A stretch of 64,000 bases of DNA, taken from contig JAAPAO010000123.1 in NCBI GenBank assembly GCA_013115145.1, forward strand, positions 1 through 64,000, read 5' to 3'. The notes below the pieces were generated by a model. That model made no database searches. It was not told the DNA's origin and saw only the letters and a list, made by a program, of their open reading frames with translations. Positions 14,142 to 26,700 of the stretch are shown here, one piece after another. The translations under genes were made by a program, and so were the position numbers. The stretch is from Perkinsus chesapeaki ATCC PRA-425 (Eukaryota; Protista; Perkinsozoa). Within the stretch, counting starts at the first letter, position 1. Each line of letters starts with the position of its first letter.

Positions 14142-16839
14142 ATGGGCTCAGTACTGTCTTGCGTAGACGAGGCCGTACGAGATGTGGATACTGAATGTGG
14201 AGACTGGGTATCATTTTCATACCGCTCTTTCCGCAACTTTCCGCCGCTTAGGGCCCGTTGGCCGTATCTGTGTCTAGTGTTCAAGGCTGGAGAAGAGCCA
14301 TGGAGGACGCCCATGTGACCCACTGGGATGCCGACAGGAAGTAGGCGCCCTTGAATCCGGTGTCGGCATGATTTCCCCAGAATTGGAATTTTCGGAGTTT
14401 TCGACGGTCACGGTGGTCAGGCAGTTGCACTTTACGTGGCAAAGCACATTGTGGGTGTTTTAACTGACAGAGAGGCTTATCGCCAAGGGAAATACGAGCG
14501 AGCATTGCATGAGACCTTTATGGAGCTGGACAGGCAAATGATGACAGAGAAGGGCAAGAAGGAGGTGAGTCAAAGCTGAGCTCTGGGGAATCTATCTTGG
14601 TGGCCAGGTTGCCGAGCTCGATAGGGAATCCCAGAGCAACGGTGGAGCCGTTGTCAGGTTGCCGCTGAATGAGGTGAGATCGGCGGTACTGTTGCTGATG
14701 CCTTGGTTGCTAGGATGGGAATCTTAGGTTAAAAGTGAGCTATTGGAAATGATGGATATTGATACTAGTGATGATGATGAGGAGGACTCTGATGACGAGA
14801 ACGTAAGGGAGTGGTCTGGGCAGGTTATCGGGGAGGATGCTTGGTAGTTCACCGGAGGCACAAATGGTGCTTCTGCTGAGGGGGAGGACAATGGACAGGA
14901 GAGGAGGAGGAGCTCTAGGATCGCGGCTGGATCGTCGGGTAAGGATTTTGCTGTTGGTAGAGGGGACAGTTTTTGTGTTCAGGCGATGGATTGAAGAATG
15001 AGCAGAATGAAGAGGTAAGTGTAAGTGCGATCGTGGATGATGATGTTGCTAAGATGGCTGTCAGACAGCCGAGGGTGTGATGTTCCTGCTCCAGTGCTTA
15101 CTACCCAATCTGCCGTCGGATATACGTAGGCAATCACTTTGGGGGGCGGTGGGCTGTAGGAGGAGGGGGGATCTGCGCTGTTAGGAAAGCGAATCAAAAT
15201 AACTGATGACGGTTATATGGAGATGACCCAGACAACATTGAATGATGTACTCGGTAGAGATTCCTCTCCTGAGGGGCAGGTGAGGGGAGCAGCAGCCGCT
15301 AAGGAGTTGGGCGAAGCGTTGTTGGTAGGGGTGCACTGCGGTGGTTTGCCTGGTTGATCTCGGTGATGAGGATCATCCTAAGATTGTCTGTGCTAATGCT
15401 GGTGACTCTAGGTAGGTGATATCAGGAGAGTATCTTAGGTTGACGGTGGGCTTGTAGGTGTATGCTTGTTCGAGACGGCAAGGCTTACGATATGTCTGAA
15501 GACCACAAGCCATCACTGGTAGTACTAACAGCACCACCTGGGGAATCATCCATCTCGACACTCAATGGCTGCTGGAACTAGATCACCTACTATAGTAAAA
15601 TGTTATAGTACAGCAGTGACTGATTGCAGTATTGCAGTACTACTACATCATATCGTACCGTTTATAGGCTATATAAGCCTCAAGATATTAACATGATGTA
15701 TAGAAATTATCGATCAATCTGCCCAGTGCGCCTGGCGAATTGGGCGTATTCGAAATGCACTGTGAGAGAACATGTTCACAGTAGAGAATATGTTCTCTGG
15801 CGAGCTGTGGTAGTCCGCTGGTATGAGCGTGGCTGCTGGTGAGGTGAAGAGTAGCTATGGTGGTTTAGGCGATTGAGAAGGAGCGTATACAGTTGGCTGG
15901 GGGCACGGTAGAGAACTGCGAGGGAGGAGAAAGGGTCCAAGGTGACTGGGTGCGGCGGTGCGGTTGTGGGGCTTGGTTACCATGTAGGCTGCCTCAGGTG
16001 ACTTGAACCTCTCCCGATCGCTGGGCGACCATCGGTACAAGAAGAACAAGAAGCTTTATCCTGAGTGCCAAATCATATCGGCTATGCCGGACATAAGGTG
16101 GGGAGCTGAATCCACGCTTGTATCTTGTCTAGGGTGAAATTCTTCAGAGTGCGGCATTTGACTAAGGAAGATACGCATATTATTCTGGGCTGTGATGGCG
16201 TATGGGAGGTACATTCCAACGAGAAGGCAGCCAGGAGCGTGATAGACCTCGAAGGGCAATTGGAAAAGTAGGAAGTGTCTCTTGTTGAAGTACAGCTTCT
16301 GCTTCTAGGGGAGCAACCGAGACTAGTATACCGCAGCCTAAGGTTAACGAGGTAAGCAGGGAGCGTCGCATGGTGGTAGGTGTAGTGTAGATACATTGCA
16401 TTACGGGAAGTAAACGGGATGAGGAGACAGACAAGTTGACTAAAGTAACGGCCGCTATGTGCAGCAGTTCAGTCAGAGAATCGTGAGTCGAAAGGTCCCG
16501 GGTTCGAACCAACGGTATGGCATTTTAGAATTGTTCCTACTGGGCCTGATTGCGACTTTGAAGGCACAGACAATGTAACATTTATGCTTGTACAGATATC
16601 ACCGGAAATTCGCGAGGTAGTAATAGCACGGAGAGGAGCGTCAGGGGTCTGTATAGGAGCTGAGACCGTTGCCCGCGGACATAGCTGAGAAGGAGAGCTC
16701 CCAGGCACCAGGGGTACCTATGGTATTTGGCCGAGGCCCGGGGACTAAGACGGCATGCGAGGCTGCGATGAAGGTTATGCGCGGGAAAAGGAAGCGTCGT
16801 GAAGGGAAAAAGAAGAGGCAAGGCAGCAGCCATAAGTGA
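14142..16839 (+). CDS. PP2C/PPM phosphatase with acidic insert (PPM1G-like)
   Basis: [57 protein letters not shown] and EGTDNVTF. Starts MGSVLS; ends in the basic tail [17 protein letters not shown]. Confidence 0.9.
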
Positions 16840-16987
16840 TTCCCTCCTTAGCACTGACAAGTTGACATTACACTACAGGAAACAGTTTCAATTAGCTCTG
16901 GCCAGAAAGGTGTTTGGGGTGATGCGACCTGGCGAAATTTGGGGCAGTTTTTTGGGGGGTTCGGACGGCGAGTTTCTCCTTGTAGCT

Positions 16988-19900
16988 ATGGCCCAAATCA
17001 ACACCCTTCCTAAGATACCCGGCAGAATTGTAGGGCGGCGGTTGGGGCCTGTGGGAGGTGTGCTGGTCAGGGAAAATTGATAAGCCGGATGGGTATTCGG
17101 AGGCACAAGTACTTGGATCACTTCGACCAGGCGCCAGAGGTGTCGGTGTTAAGAAGGGAGAAGGACAAGCATGCAAGAGATATTATGTTAACTAAGCAGC
17201 AGGTAATGGTAATGAGGCTACGAGGGCTACTGGATGCCAGATTGGATCGTTATTTGGTGAAGAGGAAAGGAATGCCTTGCTGGAGTCTAAGAGGGATGTT
17301 AGGAAGTTGGCGGCGGAAAAGGAGCAAGTTCTGAGGTCCACGGTAGGCAGACTCTCTGTGTTCCTTGTCTACACGCTTGGCATCGAATGCTGTACGCTTC
17401 CTCAAAGGGCCCTATTTCCGTAATATAACGTATCCCCGCATAGCTGGGAGATGGCTAGCTCGACCGCTGGCAGTAGGGTTGGATCGTGTCATTTTGAAGT
17501 GCATTTGATCATCTCCTACCTGTCCTAAGTCCTTTCATCGCCTTGCCAGGTTAACGAGGGCCTTCGGGTTTACCGAGCTCTTCGGCCAGATGCATTACCG
17601 TTCTATCAAGAAGATTCCGTGCTAAGTACTGTCGAATTCTGTAGAGCTCCTTTGAGTAGTGGGTGGTTGTCTATAGGTATGAAGGCTAAGATGAACAGGC
17701 TTAATATGACAGAGAGCGGTAGAGGTGTTGCGCCCAATCAGACAGGAGCAGTTCTACCGAGAGATAAGCTTCAGGTAACTGAGAAATAATGGTCGAGTTG
17801 GGACGTGTTGTCTGTCTTGGCAGTTGAAGAACGAGATAGTGGACCCGTTTCAATTCCAGCTTCCAGTGGTGAACCCAAAGGCCTTTCTAATAGCGCTAGA
17901 GGCGGCCTGTAGGAGCCTATGTGAGGACCTTGAGTAGGTCTCGTTGGAGACACCCCGACACAGTGGGTCACCACAGGTATATAGCATCCTGTCTAGGCAT
18001 CGAGAGCGATGACTTGCCGGCTCGGGATGACCCTTTGAGGTGGGTGGTCGAAGCTAGGCTGCTGCTGATCTGCTGGAGGCTAGCGATTGTTTTTAGGTTC
18101 CAGAGGCTAGTCGAACGAGTTATGTTTGCGTTTCCGCTAAGGAAGGACCCGGCGTATGTGGATGAGTTTATGTTGAACCACTGGCCTAGATTAAAGCAGC
18201 TAATGCCGCCTGCAATAGCAGAGTAGGAGTGTGGCTTAGTTGGATGGTGGTGATTCGGGTGGTGACAGGCTGCCTGATAGCGATGTAGCTGACTGGCTGA
18301 GGGGGCATCTTCAACGTGTCATCCACAACCAGAAGGAACATAAGAAGATATGGCTGCATAAGGCACCGAAGAAAGGTGGGAGTGTTTGCCGGGACTCGAT
18401 GATGCTTTATGGTGATGCTTAGGTACGGAGGAGTGGTATAGCTTTGGGGAAGATTTTATATATGATACGTAAGCTGAGGGCCATAGAGAAGGGATGCATT
18501 TCACGTGTCCGTCTGCACTAATAATTAGGGTTATGCTTCATATCTAAGCGTAGCGCTCGAAACACTTTTCGAGTGCTACCATGGTATGTAGGACTCTTAC
18601 AGTAGGAGCTTGGACACCTTCTTAATGGTTGTTCTTTCCCCCTTGCCGCCGAGGAGAATACTCTTATTCATAGCAACATTGACTTTAACATTTTTACATG
18701 GATCACGGTCTGTGCCTTAGCGATTCTGTCTGATATCAAGAAGCCGGCTGTGGACTGTATTATGGAGTTGTATTTCTCAGTTACCCGTTACCGGCCACCT
18801 TAGTGGATGATCGGAACCTTGAGTTCCCGGTACAGGATGCAGGGAAGTGGTTTCAGAGCTTTGCTAAGTTCTTTGAATTCGATCCTGAGGAGTACTTGCT
18901 CAGTGTTGGACGCTATTTCTATAGCTTAGCCGGCTTGTTCAGGAACGGTTTGTTGGGGCAGTTTAAGATGCTTGTGGATGACCTCGAGAAGATAGGGTTG
19001 AACAACTGGCTAAAAATGAACATAGACGATATAAAGAAGCACATACCGAAGGGGCATGTAGGGAGGCTTTGGTGGGAGGGGGCAGCAGCAGCAGCTATGG
19101 CTGGCAGGTACCGCTTATCAGGCAGACGACTCCAGGAGATATGAACGTGGCTAGTATGATGCTCAAGGCGGCAGCGAGAGGGAAACCTAATCTATTGGAC
19201 TTTGAGGCCACGGACCCTTATAAGCTACTTCATGGCCTGCCATCTAAATCGGTTGGGAGGCAATGGTATGGGTATAGAGGTGAAGGTGGTGGAGCGTAGA
19301 TACCGGAGGAACTGGCTGCTCTGCCTGAGAATCCGTACTTGACAGATGAGCAGATCGACAAGTTGATGGACATTGGTGATGCCTCGAGAGTGTTGGCCAT
19401 GCAAAGGGAGCGAAACGATGAGGAGTTCAAGGTTAGTGGAGTCGCATGGGGCGCGTGACGCTGTGGGGTTTAGGAGTTTGTGAACAGCTTCTCGAAGACA
19501 CCGGTGGAGCAGATCATTGAGAGCGAGGTGCAGAGCTATAAAACTATGGGACCGGTGGGACTAGGAATTTCGTGGCGCAGTGAAGAGTTGATCAGGCGGT
19601 GCGGCCAGATGAGAACTCTGTGGATTGGAAGTGGAAACAGCCTCTAAATGCCGTCTACGATGCCCGCCGCCAGATGTCCGACGCTCGACTTGAATGGTGC
19701 GGATTGTAGGGTATCAGGTACCTGCGGCAGCAGAATGTAACAGATCCATTGCTGAACTACGAGGGACTGAGGCAGCACCTTATGGCCGTATCACGACTGT
19801 GTTCTATGGCACCAAATGGTCGAGTGTAAGGGAAGTGGCTCCTGCTGCTGGCGGGGGGGGTTGTGAGGTATTGGGGAAGGTACTACTACCGTTGTATTCT

Positions 19901-21475
19901 TATGGTTGGTAATGGTAAAGGAGTCTATGGGTTTGGTGTTGGATATGGTAACACAATAACTACAGCACGGGCTGATGCAGCTATGCAAGCTCTTAAGAGA
20001 TTGCAGGTGAGTAGGCCTGAGTCAGAGAGGAATGTGGAAGCCGCTTGCTTGAGGCATCTTATTGAGGTTTTCTCAGTAAATTCTAGTTACTAAAAGCTTC
20101 TTATGAGAATCCGCTCACTAAAGCTCTTTATGAGAAGCAGCTTGTCTTTATGAGAATCAGCTCACTAAAGCTCTTTATGAGAATCAGCTCACTAAAGCTC
20201 TTTATGAGAATCAGCTCACTAAAGCTCTCTATGAGAAGCAGCTTGTCTTTATGAGAATCAGCTCACTAAAGCTCTTTATGAGAATCAGCTCACTAAAGCT
20301 CTTTATGAGAATCAGCTCACTAAAGCTCTTTATAAGAATCAGCCTGCTGAAACTTCTTGTGGGTATCCTTTTACTAAAGCTTCTCATTGAGAACTTCTTG
20401 GTAGTCTGCTTACTTGAAGCGGCTGTTCATTCAGTTCATTGATTTGGATAGCAGTCGGACACTTCACGCTCCGGTGATAGCGAGGGAGTATGGGCAGAAA
20501 TGCAAGATACTACCGCTCCCAGCAGAGTCGGGGATACTGTGCAATAGACGGTCGGTATAGTATTTATGTGGCGCGCGGTCATGGTGTAATGATAACAGGT
20601 ATCTGCCGTGGGTGTATATTATGGGTCTGCATAATGTAGAGCTTAAGTTTGAAGGGGAACTGTCGTGGTTGTCGAGGACACGAGCGATTACCCGAACGAC
20701 TAGTATGATACTTAGTAGGAGAACAGTGGCAAATGGTGAAGGGAAAAAGTAAGCCAGCACCAACCACGGCATAGTAGTCATTCCGAGCACAAGTTGGCTG
20801 CTACCGTCGGAGTTCCCAGGCCATAAGGGATTCGGTTGACGATTGAAGGCTCTTGAGTGATTTGGAGGCTCTTGTGTATCGCCCTTAGATACGCTCATCT
20901 GATGGCTCCCGGTGACCACTGGGTGCATTGGCCGGATAGATGGTTCAAAGAGGTCCGTCGACGATACGATCAAAAGGGTCACATGATACGTCATGAGCGA
21001 AGGTAGGGCTGGTTCGGAATCTCCGTCTAGTTTCAACTTGACAGGCATCTCCTGCACGGTAAGAAGCGCGGCAATATACTGGTATCGCCGCTGGAGGTCC
21101 GACCAGGGTTCACAAGGTAGAGCTAAAAGGGTGAGCCTGTCATCATCAGGGAGTCGAGTTGTCGAGCGTAGATTCGCGTGGCAGCCGGTGATGAATAAGT
21201 GGCAATGGCATCTGAACAAGCGACGTCAGCAGTTTAATTTGGTGAAGTCCCTCATGTCGGAGGAGAATACCCTTTACCCCACGCCGGGATCAGGAAGGTT
21301 CGTAGCGCCTAAGGTAAGTCGACGATTGTCATGCTGTACTATACCGAGAGCCGCCTTGTTCAGAGCAAGGCAGATGTACGAGGAAATGCATGAAAAGGTT
21401 TGGCCGCTAATTGCCATTGGCATGACTCGTTGTTGTTTCCCACTTGTCCCCGTTATCGGGACCACGTTTCTGTGA
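16988..21475 (+). CDS. MRPS5: Long mitochondrial ribosomal protein uS5m-like gene (boundaries tentative)
   Basis: S5 N-domain GRYYYRCILMVGNGKGVYGFGVGYGNTITTARADAAMQALKRL (about 19876-20006) splices to C-domain FIDLDSSRTLHAPV...LPLPAESGILCNRR...IMGLHNVELKFEG. That the upstream exons from MAQINTLPKIPGR belong to the same gene is inferred, not proven. Confidence 0.6.
20088..20345. repeat. Intronic 27-bp minisatellite (CTTTATGAGAATCAGCTCACTAAAGCT) with a recurring 20-bp variant
   Basis: About 10 tandem units inside intron 20007-20434. Confidence 0.95.
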
Positions 21476-21555
21476 TAGCCGAAGTGCGCAGTGTTGCGAA
21501 GGCTGGTGGTGGTGGTTGTTGTTGTTATTTTATTAGGCTTCTGTTGGACTATTTG

Positions 21556-22953
21556 ATGATGGACCATTTTGGTGAACCTCCTTCAATACCGCAAGCACCG
21601 CCGGTGATGGGAGCACCGGATGAGAATGCCAAGCATCAAGAACAAGATGAATGGTATCAACAGAATCATGCTGGTTACGAAGCAAGCGCTCAAGCGGGCA
21701 GCGGTGAGACTGGAGAATTTAATAGACGACCTTCTACAGTTAAATTATTATTGAAGAATTCTGTTGTACACTTTGAGGAGGAGACCGAGGGGGCGCCTCC
21801 GACGCTACAGGAGATGTGTCGACAGCGGAGTCAGAGCGATATGACGGCTAATAAGACAGACGCCTCGGTCCTTATTGGAGAGTATGATCCGACTACACAA
21901 GAGCTGCAGTACGTGAACCCATACAGAATGGAAGATAGCTTCACCAGTGACGGTGGTCTCAATCTTGGTGCCTTTCCTTCGTATATACCATCATCGATCC
22001 GCAAGCAGCAACATCAACCTGGGCTTGAAGGCATAGAGGAATGTTACGATGATGAGGAAGGCCTGCTGGGCTCGTGTCCATCGCCTGATCCGGCATCAGC
22101 GAGCGTTCTGGCCCATCTTGATGGGTTGCTAGCAACCCCTCCGATGGAGGCAGCCAACGACGCTGGTCTCCCTGCCCCTGTGGTCGTCAACACTCCTCCA
22201 GCTTCGGCGTTCCCTTTGTATGCACAAGATGACCAAGATGGTGGTGAAACCGGCGAGCAAGAGGAGCAAGGATTTGAGGAAAAGCAGTATAGGTCTCCTC
22301 AGAAGTACCAGAGCCGATATACAACTGCCAACAACAACAACGGCGCGGGAGCGCGTTATGGCCAACAGCAGCAGCAGACTATAAGGAAGGGTGGCGGACC
22401 GATTAGGAATAGCCGCGAGACACCCCCTCATGACGGCCCTAATACTACTGTTATGTTCAGGAATATACCCAATAGGTTCTCACCAGAAGCTCTACGTGAA
22501 GTGATACGTGACAAGGGCTTTGCTATGAGCATGGATTTCTTCTATATGCCCATGGACTTCCAGAATCAGTGTAATTTGGGATATGCTTTTATCAACTTTG
22601 TTAATGTCGATGAGCTTGAAAGATTCACCGAAGAGTTTAATGGTCAGAAGCTGCCTATGTACAAATCACATAAAGTATGCGAAGTATGCCCGGCTCGTGT
22701 CCAAGGGTTGAAGGCTAATGTTGATCACTTCCGTAAATCGGCCGCTCGTGGGACTATTCCTGAAGAGTATAAACCGGTGTGCTTCCGAAATGGTGTTATG
22801 GTACCGTTCCCTCCACCTGAGAGAACTTTCAATCGTATGACAAGTGGTGATGGAGGTGTAGATCACAGGAGATCCTCTAAGAGCTCTACACATAGTGGAA
22901 CAAGCGGTGGTCGAGGTGTGGACGCCAAGACAAGCCTACGAACCGAGTCCTAA
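21556..22953 (+). CDS. Mei2-like RNA-binding protein (Mei2-type C-terminal RRM), intronless
   Basis: TTVMFRNIPNRF...DFFYMPMDFQNQCNLGYAFINF...KVCEVCPARVQG in one uninterrupted ORF. The start is assumed at MMDHF (21556). Confidence 0.9.
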   Translation: MMDHFGEPPSIPQAPPVMGAPDENAKHQEQDEWYQQNHAGYEASAQAGSGETGEFNRRPSTVKLLLKNSVVHFEEETEGAPPTLQEMCRQRSQSDMTANKTDASVLIGEYDPTTQELQYVNPYRMEDSFTSDGGLNLGAFPSYIPSSIRKQQHQPGLEGIEECYDDEEGLLGSCPSPDPASASVLAHLDGLLATPPMEAANDAGLPAPVVVNTPPASAFPLYAQDDQDGGETGEQEEQGFEEKQYRSPQKYQSRYTTANNNNGAGARYGQQQQQTIRKGGGPIRNSRETPPHDGPNTTVMFRNIPNRFSPEALREVIRDKGFAMSMDFFYMPMDFQNQCNLGYAFINFVNVDELERFTEEFNGQKLPMYKSHKVCEVCPARVQGLKANVDHFRKSAARGTIPEEYKPVCFRNGVMVPFPPPERTFNRMTSGDGGVDHRRSSKSSTHSGTSGGRGVDAKTSLRTES

Positions 22954-23796
22954 GCCCCTCCTTTGTAGTTGACAATTTTTGATGTACTTTTCTCCTCCTT
23001 ATTGCGAGCAGCCTGTACCATATTATTCTGTTGCTCACCCCCACATAGTCGTCATCATCAACTAGCATCGTTAATTGTTAATAATAATGTCCGTAGAGTA
23101 TGGTTATACTCATAGCTCTTGTTGGCTGTAGGTATTACTGTAACCCTGTTAACCATTGCTATCGTTCTTAACAACTAATATAGCAAGGATAATAATCGAA
23201 GCCCCAACCCAGCAGGATTGATTGAGTCATCCTCGAATCTCGAGTTTTTTATGCCAAGTCGATACTACTAGTCTGTCAGTCGTCGTCAGCAGCAGCAGCA
23301 GTACTGTAAATTTCTTCTCTAGCATCATCATGCCTCCAACAGCCGGCATCCATTCTGTTACGGGGCCGCTGCTGCCAATAGCGGTGCAGTTATGATGGTA
23401 GAGTGAGCGGAGTTGTTGAATTGTTTCATCCCATTACTAATAATACTATTATGAAGGTGAAGTGGTCGGAGTGTTATAATACCGTAGCACATCTGATTCT
23501 ACTATATGATCACTTGACTCGATGATGATGATGATACTTTCATTACGTGCCTGCCCGTGGAGTCTGTATGGTGTAATGCTGCCGCAGCGATATATCACTA
23601 GATGTATCTTTGGCAGCAAGTAGAAGAAGACGGCTTCGAAACTCCTTTTACCTATAGTGCATGTAGTTGATTTTGTCAATTTGATGGGGAGTCGAACGCG
23701 CAACTTCTGACTGAGGTAGTGTACCTCTCGGAGCAACATGGTCGCCCAAATGACGCGTGCCAATTATTTCATCCATTAAGTTTGCCTTCGCATGAA

Positions 23797-26700
23797 ATGA
23801 TGCCGGCGAGCAGCTTCATACGGCATTCCAGCTGGCAACCTTTTCGGGTCTCGGCTGTGGCCTTTATGGCGGCAACCCTTTACTTTCACACATCGACAGC
23901 TGCCGAGTCATCACTCCGGCAGGAGGGCAGAAACTCTGAGACTGACATCAGCAGAGGCTTGGTAAGAGGTATGCGCCACTCCGAGATGCCACAGTTATGC
24001 AACTAAAGTTGTTGACTGTGTTGCCCTGTTGCAGGCAACAGTGACCGATGTGCTGGTGCAAGCTAATACTGAGTTGGAGATACTAGAGCCGGGGGAGAGT
24101 TCGCCAATCAACAGGGGATATCAACAGAGCTTCAAAGACCTCAATGCGCTTTATGCAGGCTTGGAGTAAGAAGCATCTCTCGTGGAGGGACAAACGGCGC
24201 TCTGGTGGTAGGTATCAATGGTTGGCCGTTCGTCTGCGTAATGGAGACCAGTTCAATGTGGATGAGGCCAGGTTCACATTAGTGAAAGGAGAGCCGAATA
24301 CAGCGGCGGTATCACCAACGGCCATGCCAGCACTCACGCAGCTAGTCCCTTTGCTTAGGTTCAGTCTGGCTACTGTTTAGAGGGGCACGGTAGTTCGCAG
24401 CTCGCAGGGCCCGCGAGAGTGTCGGATCCATGGGCAGAGTCTCCCCATGCGGCAACAACCGATACTGTCACCACCCCAGCGGCTTTGCTCTACGGAGAGA
24501 CTACCAATGGCGCCACTACTACGCGGACTCCTCTCACCTTCAAGATGGGGGGCATCTATCGACTGTGTTATTCCTCCGATGGTGAGTCAATCATCTTAGT
24601 CTCAAGCTAGATAAGCCCCGATCAGGTTCATTTCTTAGTGGCAAGACTGATACTCCTGATATATCAATATATGTTAGCGGCGTCTCTGTTGATTGCGAAG
24701 AGCGCGACTGTTTGGCGCTGAGGCCATTCAGATGTTGGGCGCTCTGGAACGCCCATAACCCAACCGACAGCTGCGTTGTGAACTACGACTCCTTCACACC
24801 TTCGGACTTCCCGGGCAAAGCTACCTGGACGGCCAGCTTCTCGGCGACGTACGATACCAACACTGGAGTTCAAGCGACCTACACTCCACAGTCCTGCGGG
24901 TTGAGCACTCCCTCGGAAGTCCTTTGTGATGCCGGTGGAAGCTGCAACATGACCGGCGGTTACGTGCTCAGCACTGATGGTCTCAAAAGCGACCTTGAAG
25001 TTAAGATACCGCGAACGGTCGGGTGGCTAAATGGAAGCAACTACCGGGCCCATGCAGTGGCGGCCTGCTACTGTCCAGATTATGATGCGACAGTTGGAGG
25101 GAAGTGTGACGCTCCGAACGAGTAGGCTTTTCTCGTCACTTTTATTGAAGTGCAATCCCTCAGGTATATACAACAAATTGGAATCATTCAGATCTACACG
25201 CTAAAGCTTTGTAGCCCTTTCCTCGACGACTGCACTGACGCCTATTTCACAGCGGTGGCTCCTGCTCAGCAGTTTACTATAAGAGTTGACTGTCCACCTG
25301 GCGCCTGCGAGTTCAACCTTGACAGCCGCATTAAAGTCGTTTCGGTATCGGATGCTGCTCGTACTGATTCAGCGTTCGACTTGCCCAGCTGGACCACAAG
25401 CCCGGTTGCACATGGCTGCCATGGTGCCAGCCATACCGAGATGCTTCCGCTGCCAGTAACGTGTTATAGTCCTACCAACTGCACCCTTCATGGCGGGTAT
25501 CGGCAAGACAGGAAAGAGTTCGGTATTCCCATCAACGGTACATCGGCCTACGTGTTTGAAGCCGGTTGGACTGTTCATGAAAAACTCAACTTCGCCTCGC
25601 CGAAGGAGTTTGATGTTTGTTTCTGCCATGGGTCATGTGATACCGCTACCAACTGGTTCAAGGTGGGACAGTTCTCTCTCCATTCCTTTAGACCATCAAG
25701 TGGCTACGCCTTCATTGGCGATACTGTGAGCGAGTACGCCTTCCTCAAGTACGTTAATAGGAACGGTACCCTCACCTTTGATCGCTGGCTGAATCAAAGC
25801 TCCAACCAGATGACACTAGGCCTGCAGGATAATGGTATCATCAAGCTCCTGAGTGATAATGACGGAAGTATTACCGACCAAGATTGCCAGACTAGAACGT
25901 GGGACACCAACTACGTGCCAGCGCTGTACTCTTCGACAGTGGGGAGATACAGAGGGCTGCAGCACAGCAGCTTCCCCTATCAGATGGGCTTTACCAATAA
26001 GACCCGCTACGCCGACCTGTCTGAGACACTGCTTGCCACTAAAGCTGGTATAATGGCCGTGTGTTACTGTGCTCTCACTGTACCGGGGAGCTACCAGTGT
26101 CGTGATAGCAGCTCCTGGGGACTGGTCCTGCGCTTCACCATACGAGGGCCGACACCGGGCCAGCGCTGGTCTTTTGCAACGAACATTGCTATACGATTCG
26201 AGTACGAAGGGTGGGGCCTGAGTAGTACTGACACTATCAGAATAATAAGGGCTAGTGGTAGCTGTACTGGTAACAGTGGAAACCCCCTGAACATGGAGCC
26301 AACTGTCTACGAGGGCTGCCCGACCAAGTGCGCAGCGGTATCGAATGTGGTGGGCGCGGAGACCAACATCGGCGGTATTGTTCCCAAATTCGACCAAGTC
26401 AACTGCGATGTCCACAACAAGAACTGTGATCGGTCCCTAGTTACGCGTATCGAGGTTGCTAGTGACACCGAAACCTATCTTTACTTCTCGGCGCCACCTT
26501 ATCTGAGGACGGGAGACGTCATCATTATAACATCAGGAGTGATGTGTGATACAATTGTTAGTGACAACCCATGCGATGAAGACATGGTGGCGGCAATGAA
26601 AGGCGTGCATGAATTCTCTGATCACGCTACTAACAATGCCACTCTCGCCGACACATATTTTGTGGGCCATACCGTCACTGCTGTCGAGGGCACTCTGACA

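Noticed and set aside
16478-16527. tRNA-like GGGTTCGAACC T-loop
   Set aside because: The T stem does not pair and there is no cloverleaf; it lies in a GTGAGT...TTTTAG intron of the PP2C gene.
21400-21555. N-terminal extension of the Mei2-like ORF
   Set aside because: It overlaps the apparent end of the upstream gene and reads as low-complexity spacer (GGGGCCC); 21556 is the more plausible start.
23481-23494. Partial match to the Perkinsus spliced leader (ACCGTAGC-A-CATCT)
   Set aside because: The match is short, needs an insertion and lacks the 3' half, so it is compatible with chance.
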